Shown here: piece after piece, positions 28,001 to 40,000 of the stretch
Numbering within the stretch: the first letter of the stretch is position 1
How the letters are laid out: every line of letters starts with the position of its first letter
From: Lama glama
Taxonomy: Eukaryota
Assembly: GCA_028534125.1 (NCBI GenBank)
Contig: CM052818.1
Location: forward strand, 22,694,001-22,758,000
DNA: 64,000 nucleotides
Direction: 5' to 3'
Notes under the pieces: model-generated
Seen by the model: the letters and a program-made list of their open reading frames with translations, nothing else
Told to the model about the DNA's origin: nothing
The model's database searches: none
Program-made: the position numbers and the translations under genes

Positions 28001-31000
28001 AAACAGTTTGGCAGTTCCTCAAAATGTTAAACACAGAGTTGCCATCTGACCCAGCAATTCCACTCCTAAGTGTTATGTAAGAGAAAATATATGTCCACAC
28101 AAAAAATTTGTAAATGAATGTTCATAGCAGCATTATTCATAATGGAAATAACCCAAATTTTCATCAACTGATGAATGGATTTGAAAAAAAAATTTTGCAG
28201 TTCTAGTCTAAATCCAAGGGCCTGAGAACCAGGATTGCTGATGCTGTAAATCCTAGTCCAAGAACAGGAGCCCAATGTCCCAGCTTAGTCAGGCAGAGAG
28301 AGAGAATTCTCCCTTCTTCCACCTTTTTGTTCTTTTCAAACCCTCAGCTGACTGGACAAGGTCCTCCCACATTGGGAAAGACAATCTGGTTTACTGAGCC
28401 TACTGATTCAACTAATCTCTTCAAGGAAATACCTTTATGGATACACCCAGAATAATGTTTAACCAAGTATGTGGGCATCATACAGCCCAATGAAGTTGAC
28501 ACATAAAATTAACCATCACAAATCTCAATAAAGTTATTACTAAAAATTTATAAATTACTCTTCAAAACTGTCAAGGCCATGAAAAATAAGGAAAGACTGA
28601 GGTACTATCACAAACCAGAGGAGACTATGGAAACAAGACGCCTAAATGCAATGTCAGACTGAATCCTGGAACAGAAAAAAGATGTAAGTGGAAAGAATAG
28701 TAAAATATGAACAGGGTCTTAAGTTTAGTTTATAGCAATACATCTATGTTAATTTCTTAGTGTTGATAAAGGTGCCGTGGTTGTGTAAGCTGTCAACGGT
28801 TAGGGGAAACTGAGTGAATGGTATATGGGAACTCTAATATCTTTGCAGCTTTGCTTGTAAATCTAAAGCTATCCCAAAATAAAGTGCTTTTTAAAAAAAA
28901 TTATTTTCTTTAAGAGTGACTTACTTATTTATTTAAGTTGTTTTTTGGTGGGGGGGTAGGTTTATTTATTTATTTTTAGGGGTACTGGGGATTGAACCCA
29001 GGACCTCATGTATACTAAGCATGTGATCTACCACTTGAGCTATACCCTCCTCCCAAATGTTTTTTTTTAAACCCCCTCCACCAAAGGACATCTTTCTTAA
29101 TTGGTCTTATGAATCTTACATTAGCCACAAATTGAATTCCCAACATTTTTTTCACATAAAGAACCATGCGAGTTTCTCTGACTGGAAATTCAGCAAGCAG
29201 TTTTATACATCATTTAATCCACTGAATACAATGAACGAATAAAAAAGAAGTTCAAAGTTCCAAAATAATTTCAGAAGATTTTATTTCATAACAGCAGCAA
29301 TGTAAGATCTGACAAAAGATAAAAAAATTCTCAGGAAAATTATTTCCAAACCAGAATTATATGCCTAAACAAACCATCAGCCAAGTGTGAAAAATTTTCA
29401 GATAAGCAAAGGACTAGGAATTTTTTACATTTTAGAAGACTAATCAAAAGGAAAAAGTAAAACAATTATTAACCCCAAGGAAAACAAAAGTTTATATAAG
29501 AAAAAATTATGTGAATATTTACATGTTCATAAAATACAAAGACTGATTATTAAGTTAAATAAAAGTCTGATATGTTGGAAACACAACGGAAAGGGAATAG
29601 AGAGAGAGATTTCTAAAGATGTAAATGAATAGTAGCAGTATAAGAGTGGTATCAATGCTAAAGCCACTGTCAGAGAAGTTGAAAATGATTGCAGAGTGGG
29701 AACCGGGCATATGACTATATATATATATGTACATATATGGCAGCTATATACATATATATGACTTGAAAAAGTAATCAAATTTAAGTTTAAAGTGAGGGGA
29801 GTCCTAATTAGATAAAGTGAATAAATTTGTGCGAATACTCTATATATAAAAAGGGAAGATCACTTATGATGACACCACATCAGGTTTTCTCAACCTTGGC
29901 ACTACTGACCTTCGACCAGGTAATTCTTTGCTGTGGGGGCTCTCCTGTGCAGATAGGGTGTCTAGCAGGACCCCTGACCTATACCCACTGGATGACAGTA
30001 GCACCTCATATCCAGCTGTGACAACCAAAATTGTCCACACTTTGCCGAATGTTCCTGGGAGACAAAATTGCCCCTAGTTGAGGACCAGTTTTCTACATTA
30101 TAGAACTGATGAACTATGGTTTTCATAACTATATCTTAGCAATAAATATTTAAGGACTACCTACATCAGGAAAAGAGTATAATTTCATGCATCTTAAAAA
30201 AAAAAAAAAAGGAAGAGGAGGACAAAGAGGAGAAAGAAATCTGGGAACCTTCAAATACTTCTAACCAAAGATGTATTTTCTGTTGTTAATTCTACTTTAA
30301 CAGATGTTTACAAATAAAGGGTAAAGGGGGCCCTCAAGAAACAAAACAAAACAAAAACTGGAACATCCACTGGAGTAGGTAAAATACAGGAATAAAAAGC
30401 CAAAAAAGAGAAGTTTAATGGGATAGATCAATGAATTTTTTGAAGAAATACAACAAGCAGCATTTTGGAAAGTCCCTTCTGTTAGTGGCATGTGGACAGC
30501 ACCAAAGCAACAAGACATTAATCCATGATCCTGGAGATTTCGTAACAAATGTGAAGGAAACTGTCAAAGAGGAATTCAAGGGGAGATAAATCCTCTCTTG
30601 ATGCCACTTTTTCCTTTTTATTAATTTAATTTAATTTTACTATTTTTAGGGGGGAGGTAATTAGGTTTATTTATTTATTTTTAATGGAGGTACTGGGATT
30701 GAACCCAGGACCCTCAAGCATGCCACGCACGTGCTCTACCACTGCTATACCTACCCTCAACTTTTCTCTTTCATAGCTAGGAGAAAGCGGAATGTTTAAG
30801 AAAAGGCACTAAGGATTAGGAAGAGCCTCTTCTCCAAGGCCGGATGACAAATAAAATTGTTCTGATTACCAGGAAAATCTCAGGCATTTCCACAACCATG
30901 TGAACACGAGTACTCGAAACAACATACAGGATATACTGTGATACAGCCCAGTGCTTTTCTGCATTAGGCTGTTGGTTGGAGAAGAGGATACTTCAACCTA

Positions 31001-34000
31001 CAGTGGATAAACTGACCATTTCAAAGGCAGATTATATAGTATGAACACACATTCAATAAAAAGCATGCTAAACATGTAAACTTTAAAATGTTAAATTATA
31101 TGATTTTTCTCCAATTATTGTACTTTTCCTTTGGTCTTCCTCCTACTAGCAATCCTAAAAGCCTAGGAACACTAAATAAATTCTTTATGCTACATTCATT
31201 TCTTAAGTAGTACTACTTATAGTCTCAATAGCACCCCTTTGGCTAACTCAAATTTTTTTACAGATACAAAGAAAATTACAAAATCTAACATCATACAAAA
31301 ATACCAGCATAAAGAAATGTACAGGAAGAAAACTGTCTGTATTTGAATTTCGTTTTAACGATACTAATCACTTTTCTTTAACATGAATAGCCAAACTGGG
31401 GAGAGACTGCTAATCCACAGTGGAGTTCTATTTTATTACTTATATACTTAAAATTTAGTGTTACAACTTATTTTTCGATAAACATTAAGTCTATAAAAAT
31501 TTGTTTTCTCTGAAGATTAAAAAAAGACTTCAGACATATCATAAATTAAATTTACAAATTCTTTCAGCCCAATCTCCCTGCTTTGACCAATACAGAAATA
31601 TGAAAACTACAAAACACAGAAAACACAATTAAGACATTTTTAACTATTTTACCTATTACAATTTATTTTGTATACATCCTCACAATCATGCATGTGTGAA
31701 ATGACCCATGTAAAAGTTTACTAACTTTTCAGTATTATTTGTAACAGTAAAAAACTAAAATAAAGCAAAAATCCATCAATTAGGATTATATAAATTAGAA
31801 ATATAAAACAGCCTTATGATCTGATATGGAGCTATACCCAAGATATTTCTTTCAAAAAGCACAATGTAACAATGCCATAATTTACTTTACAACTTAAGTG
31901 GAGACATTAAATTTAAGATACAAACACACACTTCACTGTTTTTATATGCATAAAATGTTTCTGCAAATCAACAAAATTCTAGAAACATTGACGGGCTGAA
32001 GGACTGTACAGGAATGTGACATTTTATTATTTATTCCCTACTTTGATGTCTGAACCATGTCAATATACTATATATTCTCCCCACTCTCTACCCACACCAC
32101 CACCAAAAAAAATGTTCAAATTTTTAAAAGAAGAGGGCCGGATCAGTTTTCTGTGATTCTGACCAACAAAAAGGATTGCTCCATCACCCACTGCTTTTGG
32201 ATTCCAGGTTATCCTGAGCATTAATCCAAACTGGGTATACCACCCCCAATCACAATAACTCATAAACTCACTATGGCAATAAATTCCCAACTCCTATCTA
32301 CTAATTATAGCTTTGTAGTCTTTGGAACATTTTTTGTTAAAAAAAATTCTGCTTATAGATAGGCATTTTCTGTTCATTTATTAGTTTCATATATATATAA
32401 CCACCTAAAGAAAAATTCTACCTTCTAAAATTAACAGCTCTGGGTAAAGCATGAAACAAAAAAAATTTCAGATTACACATTTTGAAATGAATGGAAATGC
32501 TTTTGCAATGCTGAATAACTTAGTCACAATGCACTTCCAAAATAATTTGATAACTCCGTTTCACAGAGACACAAAGAGATAAATCCCAATACTGTAAAGT
32601 ATTTTTCCCAGTGACCTAATTGAAAGACATTTAACAGCATTCCAATGGGGGAAAGGGGAGGTAATATTTTTACAGTCTCAACACAATAATAATGAATTAA
32701 TGACAGGCAAAGCCCATGTGTTTATCTCCTCTTTTCTAAGATGCTTTTAAAAATGATAGCATGAGAATTAGAAACAAAAGAACCTAAAATCACTACAAAG
32801 AGGGGGCCATCAATACATGAAAGATTTCAGAAAATTCTGGAAGACACAGACAGATAAGAGAGACTAAGCAGGGTAAACCAAAGTCCAAGATGACTATTTC
32901 ATATAACAGGGAAACACTAGAGATATTTCTACTAAGATCAGGAACAAGGTACAAATGACCATTTTACACATTACTATAAAACATGGCATTGGTGGTTTCA
33001 CCTAATACAATCATACAAGAGAAAACAATTAAGAGACAAAGTCCATAACATGCATGAAGGGAGCTGATGCTAGGGAAAATGGAACTGATGTACTTAGTAG
33101 AGCCCTGAAGAAATTCCACTCCATGACCAAACAGCCCTGGACATGCCCAGTCTTATCTGATCTTGGAAGCTAAGCAGGGTCAGACATACTGCGTATTGGA
33201 TAGGAGACTGCCTGGAAATACCCTGTGCTGTAGGCTTTAAAAAAAGAGACAGACAGACAGAGACAAAGAGAAAGAAAGAAAGAAAAAAAAAAAATCCAGT
33301 CTCAAGAACAGAACCTAGAAAAACCTGTTCCACATTCTAACAAGAAGCCCACCAACAGTCTGTCTAGATAAATGTAGCTCCTGGTCACCCCTGCTATTCC
33401 CTTAATTTTAAGAAAGCACAGATAGCTATGAATCATCTAATATTTGAGGAAAGACTACAGCACAAAAGATAAATACAAAAGAAATCAAAACTCAAAAAAC
33501 CTGAATCTAGAGGAAACAGGTGGTTTAAGCAACAAGAAGAACTTTGAAGATAGAAATTAGAAATTCTAGAAAGATTTCATTCATAAAACAAACATAGGAT
33601 GCACTGAAAAAGAACATTCAGAAAATAAAAAAGGGCCTATAAATTTTTAAATATGGTATGCAAAATTAAAATATCACTAGATGGACTAGAAGATAAAAGT
33701 CAAAGACTGAGCTCAAAATCAAAAAAACAAGTAAGAATGTAAAAAATGAGGGGAAAAACAAGAGACAGACAATCAATCTAAAAAGTCTAATTTACAAGCA
33801 ATAAAAGTACTGGAAAGAACTCATACAAACCAACAACAAAAAACAAATATCCTGATTAAAAACTGGGCAGAAGAAATGAACAGACACTTTTTCAAAGAAG
33901 ACATATAGATGGTCAACAGGCACATGAAAACATGTTCAACATCACTATTATTAAGCAAATGCAAATCAAAACCACAATGAGACAAAACCACAATAAAACA

Positions 34001-37000
34001 ACCTCACCCCTGCTGGAATGGCAAAAAAAAAAGGCAAAAAATAACAAGTATTGGTGAGAATGTGGAGAAAAGGGAACCCTCACACACCATTCACGGGAAT
34101 TTAAATTAGTGCAGCCTCTATGGAAAATAGTACGTAAATTCCTCAAAAAATTAAGAACAGAATTACTGTATAATCTAGCTATTCAACTTCTGGGTATTTA
34201 TCCACATAATATGAAAACACTAATTCAAAAAGATATATGGATCCAGCAATCCCGCTTCTGGGCATATATCCAAAGGAAACTCTAATTCGAAAAGATACGT
34301 GCACCCCAATGTTCACTGCAGTACTATTTACAACAGCCAAGACATGGAAACAACATAAATGTCCATCGACAAATGACCAAAGATGAGGTAATATATATAC
34401 AATGGAATAATACCAGACATTAAAAAAAAAAAAAGAATGAAATAATGCCATTTGCATCAACATAGATGGACCTAGAGATCATCATTCTAAGTGAATTAAG
34501 GCAGAAAGAGAAACATTTAAAATACCATTACAATATCACTTTTATATGGAATCTTTAAAATAAAGACACAAATGAACTTTGTGAAACAGACTCACAGACC
34601 TAGAAAGCAAACTTATAGTTAGCAGGGAAGAAAGAGGGTGGAAAGGGATAAACTGGGAGTTTGAGATTTGCACATACTAACTACCATATATAAAATAAAT
34701 AATGAGTGTATACTGTATAGCACAGGGAACTATATTCAATATCTTGTAGTAACCTATAATAAAAAAGAATATGAAAACAAATATATGTATATATATGTAT
34801 GACTGAAACATTATGCTGTACACCAGAAACTGACACAACATTGTAAACTGGCTACACGTCAATTTAAAAAAAAATTTAAACTATTAGACAAGAAGGAAAG
34901 AAAGAAGAAAAGGTAAAAATAAAGAAGGAAAGGAAGGAAGGAAGGAAGAAAGGAAGAAAAAAGAAAAGAAAAGAAAAGAAGGAAAAAGAAAAAAGATATA
35001 CACACCTCCCACTATGTTCACTGCAGCATTATTTATAATAGCCAAGACACGGAAACAAACTGAGCGCCCATCAATGGATGAATGGATAAAGAAGATGTGG
35101 GATACATATACAATGGAATATTAATCAGCCATAAAAAAAGATAAAATCTTGACATTTGCAACAACGTGGATATTATGCTAAAGTGAAATAAGTTAGACAA
35201 AGAAATATGATTTCACTCATGGGGAATAAAATAAACAAATAATAAATAAATGAACAAACCAAACCAAACACATAGATCCAGAGAATAGTGGTTACCAAAG
35301 GGGCAAGGGCAGGGGGAGAGCGAAATAGGTAAAGAGAAATCTCCTGTATAGTGATGAATGGAAATTAAACTTTTTGTGGTTAGTAGTATATATTGAAATA
35401 GGAATATAATATAGTACATAATGTTAGATACCAGTGTTACCTCAAGAAAAAATAAATTTTAAAAAAGTATTAAATTTTTAAAACACCAAAAATACTGGTA
35501 GAGAGAAAGAAATATTAGAAAAAAATTTCCAGCTATAAAGGAAAACAGGTATCTCCCAATTAAAATGGTCTATCAAACATCCTTACTATTGAGATGTCAC
35601 TGAAATCTCAGGAGACAATGAGTAAGAGAATTCTAAGGTTTAAAAGAAGGGGAAAAAACAGGTAGTATGCAAAGTATGGAAAATCTATGTGTTCAATGAC
35701 AAGAGATGTTTGAAGACAATGGGGTCATTTTCAACCCAAAGTTCAATGTCAAGCCAAACTATGTATCATGTGTGTAGTAATGAATTATCTATGAATTTCA
35801 TTCCAGAATGGCATAGGAAATATTACAAAATATATAAAAGAGAGAAAATATGTTCAAAGTTGAGAGCCACTGCTGTAAGTTGTTAATACACTAAAACGTA
35901 AAACTAAAATTAAGAATCAGAACCAACAAACATAGAACCCTTCCAATTAGTATATGAAGAAGGAACAGTTAATTAGAAGGTCACCACTGTGAATTAATGG
36001 AACTCTGGGCAATAATCATCCAATACCACTAACATCCAGAAATGAGAGATTTTATACCTCCTGATCTACAATACCACCTATGAAGAAGTTTTTGTCTCTT
36101 GTCCTTCCCCATTCCCCCCAGGAAGAAGGAAAGAGGAAGGGGAGAGGAAAACACACTCTCTATTACCAATTCACGAGAAATATGAGGGAGAGGGGAACAC
36201 GGTTGAACAAGATGGGAATATAATCAGCAAGATTCAAATGCTGAGAAACAGAACCCTCATTTCATCAACAAAAAAACTGCAAGGGGGAAAAAAGAGAGAG
36301 AGAGAGAGAAAGAAAAGCCTTCCTTTATCTTCCCCTAGGGCCAGCCAAATGATTTGGCACCAGATAATGAAAAGACCGCTCCTTCCCCACTATACCGCAG
36401 TGGTGCCTTCATCAAGTAACAAGATGTATTATGTATGCGGGTCTGTTTCAGCTTTTCTATTCTGTCCCACTGGTTTATTTCTCAATCCACTTACCAATAC
36501 CACCCTACATTAATTATTATAACTATACAAGTGTCTTAATATCTAATGATATAAGCCTCTAACATTTTTTTAATTCAAGACTCTGTCAATGGTTCTTAAA
36601 TTTTTTCGTCTCAAAACATCTTCATGTTTCTAAAAATTCATTAAGGACCTCAAAGAATTCTTGCTTTTGTGAGTTATATCTATCAATATTTACCATGTTA
36701 GAAATTAAAACTGAAAAAAATTAACATTTAACATTAATTTAAAATAATAATAAATATATTAGCAAATATTTGTTAGAATAATTACTATATTTTCCCAAAA
36801 AATTTAATGAAAACAGTGCCACTGTCTTACACTTTTCCAAATTTCTTCATTGTCTGGCTTAACAGACAACTAGGTTTTCACATGAATAACTAGTTTAATT
36901 CATTTTCAGGAAACATCCATCAAATACTCATGTCTAAATAACCATAGTTTGTCTCTCAGTGGTTATTTTAAGCAAAAACGGTATTCCATTAAAAAGGCAG

Positions 37001-40000
37001 CTAGTTCCGCTCAAGTTTCAAACAAGCCCGTGAGTTTTTTCTCAAGATGACCATCACACTTTCACATGCAGAAGTGATTAAAGCATACTTCCCATTTCAT
37101 CACACAGCACATTAAAAAGATGTGTAATCTCTTCTTTTCCCCCAGTTCTACTGATATAATTGACATACACAGAACATTAAAAAGATGTTGTAATCTTTTC
37201 TTTGTCCCCAGTTCTATTGATATAATTGACATAAAAGTTTAAGGGATACAGTATAATAATTTGACTTACATCATAAAACAAAGATGAGTTATGTCTTGAA
37301 ACAAGGTACAGGTGATGGTTGTACAATGTTATTAGTATACAGAGTGCCACTGACTATACCCTATACACTGTACAGTGGTTAATTTGATGTGGACTTTTCA
37401 ATTTAAAACAAAAGACACTTGAGATTTGTTAAAATCAATAAACTTGATCTCTCAAGAACATTCTTAGTTAAAGCTTGTCTTTTTTCTCTCCCTTCTCTTT
37501 TTAACTGCAAACATACACAATACAGTGACAAGTATAGCACAGATCAGTGCCACTAACTTGATTCCTGCTAAGGTGCCAGCAGTTTACCCACCACTGCTTT
37601 TGCACATGATTTTTGCTTTTGTAAGTGATTTTTGCTTTTGCAAAATCAACACAGGGAAAAGGCGAATAACATCTTACTGCTGTTAGCATCTGAATGGGTC
37701 TGGGGGGCACCCAGGAGTACTCAAATCATGCTTTGAAAACTCCTTTCCACTGTTCTTAGTCCTTCCCATTCCCCAAAATTTTAGTATCAGCTTCTCAATT
37801 TATACACATACACACACTCACACAGAACCCTGCTAAGCTTTTCTCTGGAATTACACTGAATCTTTGGATCAATTTGGGGAAAACTGCCATATTGCCATGC
37901 ATTAACTTAAATTTTCCATTCCTTTAGCAATACTTTGTAGTTTCTATGTAGTTTTTACACATCCTTCCCCCCTTTTTTTAGATATCTGTCTTTAGATTTA
38001 TTCCTAAATATTTGCTATTTCTTGATATTATAAAAAGTACCTTTTAAGCTTAGTTTCCTAACTAACCCCTCCTCACACCATATACATAAAACAGACTTAA
38101 ATACAAAAGATGAAACAGTAGAACTTCAAGAAAACATAGAATATCTTCAGTCTTAAGAAATCTTTGCCCATTCCAAGACAGTGACACTTGGACTGGTTTC
38201 TGAATGAGCACTCCTTCTGAGTAACAAAGTATTCTTACTCTAGATTCATTCTCCTCCTTCACATACTTCAGACCTATCAGGCATGTCTGTTAACGTCCCA
38301 AGAATGGAATTTTTCCAGCCTTTGTTTAACTGTCCTCCTCCCCTCCTCCTGCTGTTCCATCGTTCATTTTCCAACCATATTTCTCACATATTTAAAAACA
38401 AATCAACCAACCTAGAAAGAGGAAAGTTGACAACAGCAGCACTGAAAAATAAGTACTACTTAACAAGAGAGGAAGCTGCCCCAAGGAGTGCAGCAGCTCT
38501 GCCGTTCATTCCAAGCAAACGCCGACAACACGCGGCCCAAATCCAACAAATGCACGTAGGATTAGAAAAGAAAAAAAATGCATTGACGATACATCAAATT
38601 GTCAGTGCTGCTGGGTGGAGGAATTACAGGGGTCTGGGTGTGTGTCTGTGTCCTTTTTAGTATTTACCCCCATTTCAACAATAAATTATAATTCTTTCAC
38701 TATCAGAAAATAAATAAGTCTATTTTTAAATTTTAATATATTAATGATGTTGAGGGAACAGCAAAATGAGCATATTCACAATATACTGTAGTAGGAATAT
38801 AAACTGACAGAATAATTCTTGAAGGAAATTTAGCACTTTGCAATAAAAATATTTGAAAAACATACCCTTAGGTTTGCTATCAAATAGTAATAGTAGTAGC
38901 TAATGTTACTACTTTACTACTGGGGAAGAGAAGACAGAGAGTTTAGTTTTTCATAGATTTCCATCTATTATGTCTTCATCAAAACCAGCCATGCAGTCAG
39001 GCAAGGAAGGGGATAAAAATGTATGTAAAATGGCATTTTCCCTCTATATCTAATGTCCAAATGTGCAAATTTTAAAATAATACTCTTTCCATTTTATCTT
39101 TAGTGTGTTTTCCTTTCAGAAAAAAATGGGAATATAAAGCAAAAATATGAAAGTTGGTTGCATTTTCTGATATTAAAACAATTCTGAGATCTATCAAACA
39201 CCAAGTTCCTAACTACACTTGTGGTATAGACTCACACTTAGTAATGTAAATGATCTGATTTATTCTCAAAAAATCATTAACTAAAAATAAAGAAAACAAT
39301 TCTGCAATAAACATATTTCTACACACTTGCATGAGAACTTCTGTCAGGTAAAAATCAAAGTGGAACTGCTACATCAAAGGATATACGCACATTAAAATTT
39401 GATTTTTCTGATTACACAAACACAAATATAGAAGAGTTATTTATTTCCCTACCTTCACAAACACTGGATGTTAAGACAGGAACTACAGTATTCCATCCCC
39501 CAAATATCTCTTACCGGCTAGAAGCTTTTCCATTTCTCCCTTTCTCATGGTTGCGGTATATGGCTCATAAATTCATTTTGTTTGGTGACTGATATATATA
39601 CAAAATAGATTTCCTATTCCTAGCCCTCCATGTAAAAGCTTGGTGTTGACTCTAAGTAAGTCACTCTCCCTCAGAGTCCTAAGCAACTTGTGATTCCATA
39701 TATTAATCTTTAATTCTCATAAAGAGAGAAAGGCACACAATCTAAAATTTCATTTAAGGTCAATAGTAATGGAGAAGAGATTATTCCACTATCTGTTGAT
39801 GCCTTTATTTTCTTAAAGAACGAAAATAAAATTAAATGAAAACTAGGCAAGCTTCAAATTCAAACTGCTACTGTGTACTGTGTTCCACTGTTGGCAGGAA
39901 AAAGAAAAAAAGGAAGATACTAAACTTTAAGAATCCTACATGCTAAGATGTTGTCTGACTTCAACAATCTACACAACTTATACATAATCTCTAAGATTTT

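Noticed and set aside
29715..29762. AT-rich quasi-palindromes (also about 11830-11865) as structured RNA
   Set aside because: Explained by (TA)n low-complexity sequence.
33119..33238. Functional 5S rRNA gene
   Set aside because: Solitary, heavily substituted, CpG-depleted and A-tailed.
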